DNA from: an uncultured Gemmataceae bacterium
Lineage (GTDB): Bacteria; Planctomycetota; Planctomycetia; Gemmatales; Gemmataceae
Direction: 5' to 3'
Assembly (NCBI GenBank): GCA_963750165.1
Contig: CAVVPN010000011.1
Location: forward strand, 1,024,001-1,088,000
DNA: 64,000 bases
Shown here: positions 50,050 through 60,342 of the stretch, piece after piece
How the letters are laid out: every line of letters starts with the position of its first letter
How positions within the stretch are numbered: the first letter of the stretch is position 1
Notes under the pieces: model-generated
The model's input: the letters and a program-made list of their open reading frames with translations, nothing else
Told to the model about the DNA's origin: nothing
Databases searched by the model: none
Position numbers and translations under genes: made by a program

Positions 50050-52436
50050 ATGCAACGCCAAGCAGTGGTGGCCTTCCTGGGTAGCTGCCTTGTGGCGGCC
50101 CTGAGCCTGTCAGGCCGCGCCCAAGACGCCAAAGAGCAAGCGGCGAAGAAGGACTTGCAGGCATCGAAGGACGCCAAACAGGAAGCGGCGAAGAAAATCG
50201 ACTTTGCGAAGGATGTAATGCCTCTATTCCGGCAGAACTGCATCGAGTGTCACGGCCCCAAGAAGCAAGAGAGCGGCATGCGCCTGGACCGCAGAAGCTC
50301 GGTGCTGAACCTCCGGCGGCGCGTCGTAGCCGGCGGCAGTGCCAACAGCAGGGTTTATCACAGGCTGGTCGGGGACGAGTATGGGCCCCAGATGCCTCCG
50401 ACGGGCGCCCTTGCGCGAAACAAATCGCCATCATCAAGGCCTGGATCGACCAGGGCGCCGATTGGCCGGATGCGCTCGCCAACGAGATTGCCTTGCCGCC
50501 CCTGAATCCGAAGGCCGTGGTCATGGTGGAAGCGCTCCGAAGCGACGACCTGGCGGCGTTCCTGAAGGCCGCCAAGGCCGATCCGAACCTGCTCAATGCG
50601 CGCGGACCGGAAGGCTCCACACCTTTCATGTATGCGGTCCTTTATTCGGACACCCAAACACTCGCCAAGCTCCTGAAAATGGGGGCTGATCCGAACAAAC
50701 GCAACGATGCCAACGCAACCGCGCTGATGTGGGCCGCGCGTGACCTTGAAAAAACGCGCCTTCTGGCCGATTACGGAGCTGATGTGAATGCACGCTCCGA
50801 CGATCTGCGCACGCCTCTGATGATCGCCGCCCGCCGCCCCGGGGCCGCGCCGATCGTGAAATTCCTGCTGGATAAAGGCGCCAAACCCAATCCCAATGCC
50901 AAGCCCACGGCCGAATCCTCACCACTGCTCGAAGCCCTCGCGGGCGGCGACCCCGCCATTGTCAAATTGCTCATCGAGCGTGGTGCGGACGCCAAAGCCG
51001 CCGCCGACGAAGGGCTCGCGCTGGCGGTCGCGACGAAATGCGACGATGGCCTCGCGCTGCTGGCGGCAAAAATCAGCGACAAGCAAGCGTACACCCGGGC
51101 GCTTCAGTATACGGCTGTTTTCGGCGACCTTGATGCCGTCCGCCTGATGCTGGATCGTGGCGCCGATGTGAATGCCTTTGACCGGAGCGGCAGAACGCCA
51201 CTGATGTACGCGGCGATCTCGGAGGTGCTGCCGCTGGACGTCGTCAAACTGCTGATCGACCGCGGCGCCGACGTGAATGCCAAAAACCGGCATACGAAGG
51301 CAGGTGACGCCGGACTCACCGTGCTCGATATCGCGACGCAAAACGGCAAGACGCCGATTGTCGATTTGCTGGTGAAGTCCGGCGCCAAGGCCAGTCCGCA
51401 GACGCCTGTGAAGCCGCGGCCGAAAAAGGCCAACTCCATCCGGAGCGCGGTCCAGGAAAGCCTGCCTTTGCTGCAGCGCGCGGATGCTTATTTTGCGAAA
51501 AGCGCCGGCTGCTTTTCCTGCCACAACAACAGCATGCAGGCCATGGCGCTAGGATTTGCCCGGAAGCGGGGATTGCGGATCGACGAAAAAACTGCGGCCG
51601 CGCAGGTGCGATTCAATGTCCAGGCGCTCGAAGGGCTGCGCGACAAGATGCATCAAGGCTACGTGTTTGCGGTAGGGGACACGTTTTCGGATTTCGTTGT
51701 TGGCTACGCGCTCCTGGGCCTTCACGCGGAGAATTACCAAGCCGACCTCAATACGGACGCTGCCGCCATGCTCATCCAGTCGCGGCAAAAGCCGAACGGC
51801 GAATGGCCCTATCCGCGCGCCGACATCCGGCCGCCGATCTGCTCGGCCTACATTGGTCAAACCGCCATTGCCATGCGTGCGCTTCAGGTCTATGCGCCGA
51901 AGACCGCCAAGGCGGAGTGCGACAAATCGGTTCGTCTCGCCGCTTCCTGGCTGGCCAAGGCGCAATCCCTCCATAACGAGGACCGGTGCTGGCGGTTAAC
52001 CGGGCTTGCCTGGGCGGCCACGGACCAAGCCGCGACACGACGCGCCATGCAGGAAGTGCTGACCACACAGCGGCCTGACGGTGGCTGGTCAGACCTCCCC
52101 TCCATGTCGAGCACGCCTTACGCCACCGCACGGAGCCTGGTCTCGCTCCAGATCGGCGGGCTGCCCGTTTCCGATCCGGCCTACCAACGCGGCATCAAAT
52201 TCCTGCTCGCCACCCAACAGGAAGATGGTACCTGGTACACGAAGACACGCGCCCTCGGCTTCCAGCCCTACTTCGACGGCAGTTTCCCGCATGGTTACGA
52301 TCAGTGGATATCGGCCGCAGCTACCAGTTGGGCCGCGATGGCGCTTTCACTGTCGCTGCCGGAAGCGAAATCTGAAACGGGCTCCAGGAGTCACCCTGGC
52401 CCGCTGCCCGAGAGAAGCTGTTCAAGTCGATTTTGA
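50050..52436 (+). CDS. Exported protein: planctomycete cytochrome c domain, ankyrin repeats, second CxxCH, prenyltransferase/squalene-cyclase-like repeats (frameshift near 50420)
   Basis: Signal peptide; DFAKDVMPLF..CIECHG..MPP..IKAWIDQGA; G.TPLM.AA ankyrins; CFSCHN; QKPNGEW, QRPDGGW and QQEDGTW (QW motifs). Confidence 0.85.
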
Positions 52437-52503
52437 CATCCCGAGGGCGGCCATCGCCGGCTGCTGAAATACATCTGGCGTTGCGCGCTTCGGACACATC
52501 GCC

Positions 52504-54041
52504 GAATGGCACTTAGTTCTTTCTAATGCCTTTGCGCATCTCCTGTTTGGTCTCGCGCCTCGGTTTTCGGAGGAAGCCGTAGTGCTTGGGCCGCCGTTTC
52601 CGTTGCCGCGGCTCATACCGGTCCGGCCGGTCCGCGACGCGATGACTGGCAATGGCCGCGAGGATCTGCTGGTAGAGTTCCCTGCGCAGGGCGGCGTCCT
52701 GCTCGCCCCGGAGTGCCAGCACGGGTTGGAACGCCGCCAACGTTTGCAGGGCGCCCTTGAAGCTGATCGACCTCGGTTCGAGGCCGTGCGCGCTCGCCGC
52801 CTGGGCCATGACCGTGCGGACCAAGTTGTAGGCCAGGAGGTGCGCCCAGATCTCCTTGCGCACCATCTCCGGCGTCTTGCACCGCAGGACGCGCATCTGC
52901 ATCGTCTCTTTCAGGGATCTCAGATCAAGTTCGGCATTCCAGCGCGCACGGTAGAGCTGCCCCAGGTCCTCCTTGGTAATCTCCGCCGGGTCCAGCAGCG
53001 TCGTGGCCACGATGAGGGTGGTGATGCGGAAGCCCGGCTGCTCGACCTGCACCCGGCACTCCCGGACGGTCAGGGACTCGGGCAGCATCGCGTACGCGGC
53101 GCGATCGATGGTGCGGGGCTTGGGCGGCTTGGGCCACACGACGACGTGGTCGCCTTTCCCCAGGCGCCGGCCGCGGCGGAAGTCCGCCCGGCGGTGCGAC
53201 GAGAAGCGGCAGACGCTGTCGACGCCGCGCTCCTTGAGCAGGACCATCTCCGTCCAGGCGCACAGCAGCCGGTCGGCGAGCACGACGTCCCCAGGTCGGA
53301 ACAGGTCCAGCAGGGTGCGCAGCATGCCCAGTTCGCTCTGCCCCTTGCCCGCGTAGCGGCACAGGGCCAGGTCAAGGACCGCGCCGCAGGCCAGCGAGAA
53401 GACGGCGGCGATCCGCGCCAGCGGGAAGCCCAGGCCGGGCTTCTGCGTGCCGGGCTGCGGGTAGTCGCGCTGGTTCGCCGGTGTATCGGGCATCGACGCC
53501 GACGAGCCGTCGTAGACGTGGACGCGGCGGCGCTTCCACAGCCACTGCGGCTCGACGGCGTCGTCCAGGGCGCGCCCCGTCTGGCGGGCCACGTCGGCGA
53601 CGAACGCTTCCGGCAGGCGCTGGCGGGCCTGGCAGTAGGCGCCGGTCTGGGCCGAGCAAGGGCTTTGCCCCCGGGCGAGGCGGTGGGCCAGCAGGCGCGC
53701 GACGGCGGCGCGGCAGGAGTGGTCGGCGCTGAGGACCTGGCCCAGGAAGACCCAGAGCGTGACCAGCGGGGAAAAGATCCGGTCCAGCCAGCCGGTGAGG
53801 GTGGCCAGCGCCTGGGCGATGACCCCTTCGGTGAGGACGTCGGTGAACGGCAGGTCGCCGTCCTGGAGGAATTGCCGCCTCAGGAAGTTCGCCTGAGCGC
53901 GGAAGGGCCTTGGTTTACAATGGCGCATCGCGGGCCTCCTTGGCGGGGATGGGATGGTTGCCAAACTCCATCTTCCCAAGCGAGGCCCGCTTTGCCTATG
54001 TCACCTTCTCCTTTCGGCTTACGGAGATCTATGTGCCATTC
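52504..54041 (-). mobile_element. IS4-family element, copy 2 (transposase 53928-52513)
   Basis: Same length and ends as 43224-44761; I see only two substitutions, one changing A to D. Confidence 0.9.
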
Positions 54042-54390
54042 GGCACAGCGCCTGCAGCGTCGGCAGCCCCACCCGCGGGCCCAGCAGCCCAATCAGCGCC
54101 AGCGCCCGGTTGCGCAACTCCCGGTCGGAGCGTTGCGCCGGCCGGCCCTGCGCTGCCGCCCGCAGCCGGTCGCGCCGCCAGCGCGCCTCCCAGCGCCTCA
54201 GTGTCCGCAGGGACAGCCCCAGGCGTGCAGCCGCCTCCGCCCGCGTCAGCCCCAGCCGGGCGGCCCAGCGGCAGAAGGCCACCGCCCGGGCGCGCACGGC
54301 CCGCTCCCGCTCCCGGGCCGCCCGCTGCCCCGCCGGCCCGCGCCGCCGCGGTTCCCCGGGCGGTTGCCCGGGGGCCGTCAGCCGTTGCAC
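54042..54390 (-). pseudogene. N-terminal HTH region of a probable second transposase, cut by IS4
   Basis: AEAAARLGLSLRTLRRWE...GRP; the ORF runs directly into the IS4 end. Confidence 0.5.
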
Positions 54391-54809
54391 CCGCCGCTCC
54401 TCGCGGCGGGCACCCGCCGGGTCCGCGTCGCCCCCGCCGCCCGGCCGCCCCGGCGGCGCAGCCGCGGCAGCAGCAGGGCGATCTCTTCGCGGACCTGGGC
54501 GGCGCGCAAGCCGATGCGCAGCTCGCGCACCTCGGCCTCCAGGGCCGCCACCCGCGCGTCCGGCCCCGCCGGCGCCCGCGCCGGCCGGCCCGCCGGGCGC
54601 GGCTCCAGCCCCGCCAGGGCCGCCGCCAGGGCCTGGTCGCGCAGCGCCCGCAGCCGCCGCTCGCCCAGGCCCAGCGGCAGCCCCGCCTGGGCCACCGTCC
54701 GCCTTCCTGACAGCACGTCCAGCACCGCCAGCAGCCGCGCCTTGGCCAGCGCCGAGCCCTCCAGCCGCCCCACCGCCGCGTCCCACTCCGGCCTTCGTCC
54801 CCGCGTCAT
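54378..54809 (-). CDS. HTH + coiled-coil accessory protein of the IS481-like element
   Basis: RLLAVLDVLSGRRTVAQA...LGLGERR...LEPRPAGRP...VAALEAEVRELR. Confidence 0.6.
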   Translation of the reverse strand: MTRGRRPEWDAAVGRLEGSALAKARLLAVLDVLSGRRTVAQAGLPLGLGERRLRALRDQALAAALAGLEPRPAGRPARAPAGPDARVAALEAEVRELRIGLRAAQVREEIALLLPRLRRRGGRAAGATRTRRVPAARSGGCNG

Positions 54810-54903
54810 CGACCCGCCCTCCAGAAAAACGCAAATGCCGGGGCAGGCGACCGCCGCCCGCCCCGGCCAACTCTAGCTTCGGGGGACGTCGCCGGGCGCA
54901 CGG

Positions 54904-55473
54904 TCAGGGCGGGGCCGGCGTGGGCGGGCACTCCGGGGCCGCCGGTTCGGCCGGGGCCTCGGCGGGGGCGGCGGGGGCGGCGTCCCCGAACGGCTGCAGC
55001 AGCGCGGCCATCTTCAGGGCGCGGACGGTGGGGCGCCGCTTGCGGGCGGCGGGCGGCTCGGGCGGCGCCGGCAGCGTCAGGCCGACCGCCTGCCGGGCGG
55101 CGCGGACCAGGGCCTGCTGCCGGGCGCACTCCCGGCGCAGCCGCTCACACTCGCGGCGCAGGTCGGCGGGCTCGGCGGCCGGGGCGTGGCCGCGCCGCCG
55201 GGGCTCACAGGCCGCCACCAGCCCGGCCACCGCCCGCAGTTCCAGCTGGTAGTAGCGGGCCAGCGACAGCCCCAGCGCCCGGCCGGCCTCCGCGGGCCGC
55301 AGACTGCCGGCCAGCACCTCCAGGATCGTCGCCGCCAGTCGCCGGGCCGCCGGGCTGGCTCCCGCGAACGGCGTCGGGTCCGCCGCGGGTGCCGGCGCGG
55401 GTGCCGCCGCGGGCGGCGCGGGCGTGCCGGCGGGCGGTCGGCCGCGCCGCCGGGGGGAGGGGGTGGGGCTCAT
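54904..55473 (-). CDS. HTH + coiled-coil accessory protein, paralogous to the neighbouring ORF
   Basis: ILEVLAGSLRPAEAGRALGLSLARYYQLE...CEPRRRG...LRRECERLRREC; start overlaps the transposase stop. Confidence 0.6.
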   Translation of the reverse strand: MSPTPSPRRRGRPPAGTPAPPAAAPAPAPAADPTPFAGASPAARRLAATILEVLAGSLRPAEAGRALGLSLARYYQLELRAVAGLVAACEPRRRGHAPAAEPADLRRECERLRRECARQQALVRAARQAVGLTLPAPPEPPAARKRRPTVRALKMAALLQPFGDAAPAAPAEAPAEPAAPECPPTPAPP

Positions 55474-56929
55474 GGCGCACCCCCTTCCGGGCTCGGCCCC
55501 GCGTCCAGCCGCCGCAGGCCCCCGTCCAGCGGCGAGGCCCCGGGCTCCGGCGGCTCCTCCGCATCCCCCGGGTGCCCCGCCACGATCCCCTGTGGGCACA
55601 CCGGCGCGGGCAGCGCCGCCGGCGGCCCGCCCGGCGCCGCCGGGGCCGGCGCGGGCGGGGCGGCGAGGTCCACCTCGCGGCGGCCGCCGCCCGCGTCCGT
55701 AAGGATGACGCGCTCGCCCTCGGCGTGCAGGCTGAACGGCTGGCCCCCCACCTGCCCCGTCAGGTAGAACGGCGCCCTGGGCAGCCCGTGCCGGGCCAGC
55801 TCCAGGGCGTTGGCCGCCACCCGCGCCCGCAGCGTCCGCAACACCTCCGGCGCCGCCCCGAAGTAGCGGTCGGCCGGCACCAGGTTGCCGATGCCCTGGT
55901 GCGGCCGCTGGAAGTTGTAGTGGTCGATGAACAGCCCGACGCGCTGCCGGGCGTCGGCCAGGTCCACGAACACCGCCGCCTCCAGGCACTCGCGCCAGAG
56001 CGTGCCCCAGAAGCGCTCGATCTTGCCCAGCGTCTGCGGCCGGTGCGGCGAGGCCACCACCTGGCGGACGCCGCGCTTCTCCAGCTCCTTCGTGAAGGCG
56101 CCCTTGCCACGCCAGGTGACGTACTGGCTGCCGTTGTCGGTGAGCACCTCCGCGGGGGCGCCGTGGACGGCTACGGCGGCGCGGAAGACCTCCAGGACCA
56201 GGGGCGTGGACTGGCTGGCGTGCAGGCCGTAGCCGACCAGGAAGCGGCTGTGGTCGTCGAGGAAGGCGACCAGGTAGACCCGGCGGTTCTGGCGCTTCAG
56301 GACGAAGGTGAACAGGTCGGTCTGCCACAGCTGGTTGGGGCGGCGCGCTCGAAGCGGCGGTCGTGGTCGGGGTGGGGCCTGGTCGGCGCCTCCTCCAGCT
56401 CGTAGCCGGCCTCGCGCAGGGCGCGGGCGACGGCCTGGGGGCTGGCGGCCAGGGCGGGGCCGCGGAGCAGCAGGGCGGCGATGCGCTCGGTGCCCCAATC
56501 GGGGTGGGCCTCCTTGAGCATGAGGATGGCGCGGCGGGTGGGCTCGGGCAGGCGGCTGCCGGCGGGGGCGCCGCGGGCCTTGTCGTCCAGGCCGGCGGGG
56601 CCGTCCGTCTCGAACTTGCGTTTCCAGGCGTACAGGGTATGCTTCGAGACGCCGACCAGGGGGGCGAAGTCGCCGGCGGGCAGGCCGCTGCGGCGCCAGG
56701 CGTCGAGGACGAGCAGGCGCTGGGCGGCGGTCAGGGGCGCGGCGGGGGTGTCGGGGGGCCGGGCGAGGCGCCGGCCGCGGGCGGGCTGCTGCAGGCGGGG
56801 CCGCTCGCGGGGCGGTTCGTCGGGCGGGGCAACGTCGGCCGGCGGCACTGGCGGGCCGGAGTCGGGGGCCTGAGGGGCGGGCCGCGGCACTACCGCGGCC
56901 GGGTCGGGGGTGGGGGACGGGGCGGACAT
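55470..56929 (-). CDS. IS481-like DDE (integrase-core) transposase (frameshift near 56345)
   Basis: HTH (VGVSKHTLYAWK), PNQLWQTD, LDDHSRF, VLTDNGSQY, GKIERFW, YNFQRPHQG; RBS AAGGAGG. Confidence 0.85.
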
Positions 56930-56982
56930 GCGCCCTCCTTTCGTGCGGGGGGACCCGCGAAGGGGAGGGCCGAATTCCGGCA

Positions 56983-57959
56983 CCCATTTCCAGCGATCAG
57001 ACTGCCATTATTTCGGCGAGGAGGACAGCGGCTGGGTGGCGGCGGGCGCGCTGCGCATCGGCGAGCGGCTGCTGGGCGAGCGCGGGCCGGCGCGGGTGCT
57101 GTCCCTGACGCGGCGGCCGGGGAAAGAGCCGGTCTACAACATCGAGGTCGAGGGCGACCACTGCTACCGAGTGGGGGAGTGCGGACTGCTGGTGCATAAT
57201 AATTCGCTTTCACCAAACGCAGTGAGCGGAAAGTCGATTTTGGAAGGCAGGGGACAATGTGTCATTGAAACCGTGGACAACATCAATGTGACCACCTCGT
57301 CTCGAGGTGTGAGTCCATTTACTATGCCCCGAGACAATACGAATCAACTTGTCAACAAGACGGCTTTTTACATTCTCCGCGGGAGTATGGCCGGTTTCAA
57401 CGGGGCGGTATTGAAAGTTGGGTCGGCTCCATCGAGGGATCCAGCAGGAAGGTGGCTTGATTACAGAGTGGCCTATCAAAGGTGCGACCAATACGTAATT
57501 ACTGCCTGGTCGATTGACATGCCACACTCAAACAACAGTCCGGCGACGCAGATGCTTGAACGAGCGCTTCGCGCGGAGTTTTGCCCGACTTCTAGCTCAT
57601 GTCCATGGGATAATACTCGAGAGGCAGGTAAGCCCTTCGGGAGAAGGCTGGGAAGGCTCGGTTCCGGAGTTCCTTTTGAAGCTCAGTCAAGTTGTTGCTG
57701 GATCGATTGCTTTACATGGATGGCTGGCCAACCACAACCATCAAGTTCATCACTCCGGCCGCAAACCGAGCAAGAGTGGGGAACGTTTGTGATGCGGTGG
57801 AAACAAACTAGAATGGCCCAGGGGAGTGACACAGCAACAGATGAGGAAGTTGGGCGGGTCTTTTACAACGGTGCCGGCCGCACGACCATTCTTTCATGGC
57901 GACAATTGCGTGCGGCGCAGGTCGGAAAATCGTGGGCTACCATTGTCGCTGAAGCGTGA
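56983..57959 (+). pseudogene. Orphan polymorphic toxin end: partial pretoxin HINT domain plus C-terminal toxin (GIY-YIG-like?)
   Basis: GWVAAGALRIGERL...VYNIEVEGDHCYRVG..GLLVHN (HINT C-terminus), then a lower-GC, Cys-containing domain of about 250 aa. 5' part missing. Confidence 0.8.
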
Positions 57960-57966
57960 GGATGAG

Positions 57967-58326
57967 ATGCAGACCTCTAAAGCTTTTTGGTCAGTTCTTT
58001 GGGATGTTCTGAGCCGGGCTAACGGAAATGAAGAAGCATTGAAGGGTATTCTTCAATCCCTTCCAAGACAGATCATTATTGATTTTTCTAACGAGTTTAG
58101 GCGAGCTATGACTAACTTGTATGAGATTGAATATGAGGCTTCAGAAGATTACCAGAAAGACATTTCTGCGCTCATCGTGAGTAAGGGGAAAGAGTATTAC
58201 GACGAGATCGTTAACCATCCGGAACGAGTTCCTCACGAGATTGATCCCAATGGGCCTTACTTTCTTCACGTTCCTGCAGAAGTTTTTCGGGATCGCTTCG
58301 GAGAAGAGTTGATGGACCAGAGCTGA
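57967..58326 (+). CDS. DUF4240-like putative immunity protein
   Basis: Starts 7 bp after the toxin stop; low GC; FW..L...LQSLPRQIIIDF...SED...LIVSKGKEYY.EIVNHP pattern. Confidence 0.7.
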   Translation: MQTSKAFWSVLWDVLSRANGNEEALKGILQSLPRQIIIDFSNEFRRAMTNLYEIEYEASEDYQKDISALIVSKGKEYYDEIVNHPERVPHEIDPNGPYFLHVPAEVFRDRFGEELMDQS

Positions 58327-58465
58327 AGTGATAGCCATCCTGCAGAACAAGGTTACCCATGGAATGGTGGGTGTTGACAGGAAGTAGTTGGGAAAGCCGA
58401 TAGCCTTTGTCTTGCGACGGAGGCATCAACAGGGGGATAAGAAATAGTGGTCTTCGAGGAGGAGG

Positions 58466-58528
58466 AAAGGTGTCAGGACCCTAATATTACGATTTTTTAA
58501 TTCGTAATATTAGGGTCCTGACACCTTT
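58466..58528. repeat. Perfect 27-bp inverted repeat (REP-like palindrome)
   Basis: AAAGGTGTCAGGACCCTAATATTACGA-N9-TCGTAATATTAGGGTCCTGACACCTTT. Confidence 0.85.
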
Positions 58529-58648
58529 GTTTCACCTTTCTCTCGGCCTGCCACGCCGAGGTGGATTCGCGTCGAAGCGTTTTCTGCTCCTGTCCTCTCG
58601 ACCGACGCGCGCATGCCGAAGTTCGTTGCGCGCGGCGGTCCGACACAC

Positions 58649-60249
58649 GAATGGCGCTAGCTTAAAAGTATTTCGACCGATTCTGCGGCAGTTTGGCGAC
58701 GTCTCGGGGTTGCATCAGTCGGGTCCCCGGCTTCGGCCTGCGCTTGCGCGCCCGCGGCTCCCAGCGCCCCGGGCGGTTGCCGACGCGGTGGTAAGCGATG
58801 GTCGCCAGCATCACGTCAACCAACCTCGCCCGGCCCGCAGGCCGCGCCGCCTCGATCTTCGGCGCGAACGCGGTCAGGGCTTGCTTGGCCCCCTTGAAAC
58901 TCACCTTGCGGGGCTCGACGTCGTTCTCGGCCGCGGCGACGGCCATCGCCGTGCGGAGCAGGTTGTACGCCAGCAGGTGAGCCCAGATCTCCTTGCGCAC
59001 CATCTCCGGACTCTTGCAACGCAGGATGTCCATCTTCATCACCGACTTGATCGAGCGGATGTCGATCTCCCCCTCCCACCTGCGCTCGTACAGGTCACCT
59101 ATCTGCGCGCCGCCTATCGACTCGTCGAGGATGGTCGTCACCACCTTGAACTGCTCGGCGCGGTTGTCCTTGTCGCGGGCGTCGACGCTGACCTGCCGCA
59201 TCGGCTGGGCCTTCGGGTAGGTGCGGTACTGGTCCCCACTCATACCGTGCGGCTTGTTGGGCCGCTGCCAGACGATCACGTCGCCGTCGGGCCCGCTGTG
59301 CACCGTCTGGGTCCCGACGCGCTGGTACTGGGCGCGGGCGACGACGTCGATGCCGCGCTGGCGCAGCTCCCAGATGAGGAAGTAGTCGTCGAACAGGGCG
59401 TCGGCGACGACCACGTCACCGGGTTGGAGGGCGCCGTACATCTGCCGCAAGAGGGTGGTCTCGCCGGTGCCCTTGCCCGCGTACGGCGCGATCGCCAGGT
59501 CGTGGCAGGCACCGCTCGCCAGAGACAGCAGCACGGCGACCCTGGCCAGCGGGAAGCCGATCCCCGGCTCCTGCACCACCGGCTGCGGGTAGGCCGCCTG
59601 GTTCTCTTCCGTGTCGGGCATGGAGACGTGGGAGCCGTCGGCGATGAACACGTCCCGCCCGTTCCACTTCCAGCCGTCGGGGAGGCTCTCCTGCAGCTGC
59701 TGGGCGGTCCGCCTGGCCAACGAGCGCAGGCGCGTCAGTGGGGACGCGGGCGCGGGCGTTACAGTAGCTGGCGGCGTTGGGCGAGCAAGGCTCCAGGCCG
59801 GACGCGGCGCGGTGGGCGATGATGCGCGAGACGGCGTCACGGCAGCTTTTATCCTCGCTGAGGACCTGGCTGAGGAAGCCCCAGATGGTGGTGACAGGGC
59901 TGAACAGACGGTCGCGGAACTTGACGCCGTGCTCGTCGAGGGCGTCGAGGATGCTGGCCTGGGTCAAGGACTCGGCGAAGGGCAGTCCTTGGTCGCGCGT
60001 GAATCGGGCGCGGACCTCCTGCAGGCTGGTCATGGGGGTGCCTCGAAAGTCGTGGGTAAGGTCGTCGATGGCAGAGGCGCAACCCCGAAAGCGGTGCGAC
60101 GTCGGGCGGCGTAGCAGGGTAAAGGCGAGGCAATGCCGGAGTTGAGGGCGCAGCGCCACAAGGCCCAGCCCGGACAAAGGGGGCGCGAGCACGATCGCCT
60201 TGCTTCTTGATTGTACGCGCGGCAGCGCGCCTTAAGCTACGCGCCATTC
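58649..60249 (-). mobile_element. IS4-family element, divergent relative of copies 1 and 2 (transposase 60033-58662, frameshifted near 59740)
   Basis: Ends GAATGGCGC(G)TAGCTTAA; IADGS, VVADA, YERRWEGEIDIRSIK, PEMVRKEIWAHLLAYNL. Confidence 0.9.
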
Positions 60250-60342
60250 GGCGATGTGACCGACGCGCGCAACGTTCCGGGCAAGGGTAGCGCGGATCGA
60301 TGGGGCAGCAGCGGGTTGAGGAGGCAAGCGGTCCTTTAGAGG

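Larger units (their letters stand above)
54042..56982 (-). mobile_element. Very GC-rich multi-gene IS481-like element, left part truncated by IS4 copy 2
   Basis: Right end reads 5'-TGCCGGAATTCGG on the minus strand; four co-oriented ORFs; abrupt composition change at 56982. Confidence 0.7.
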
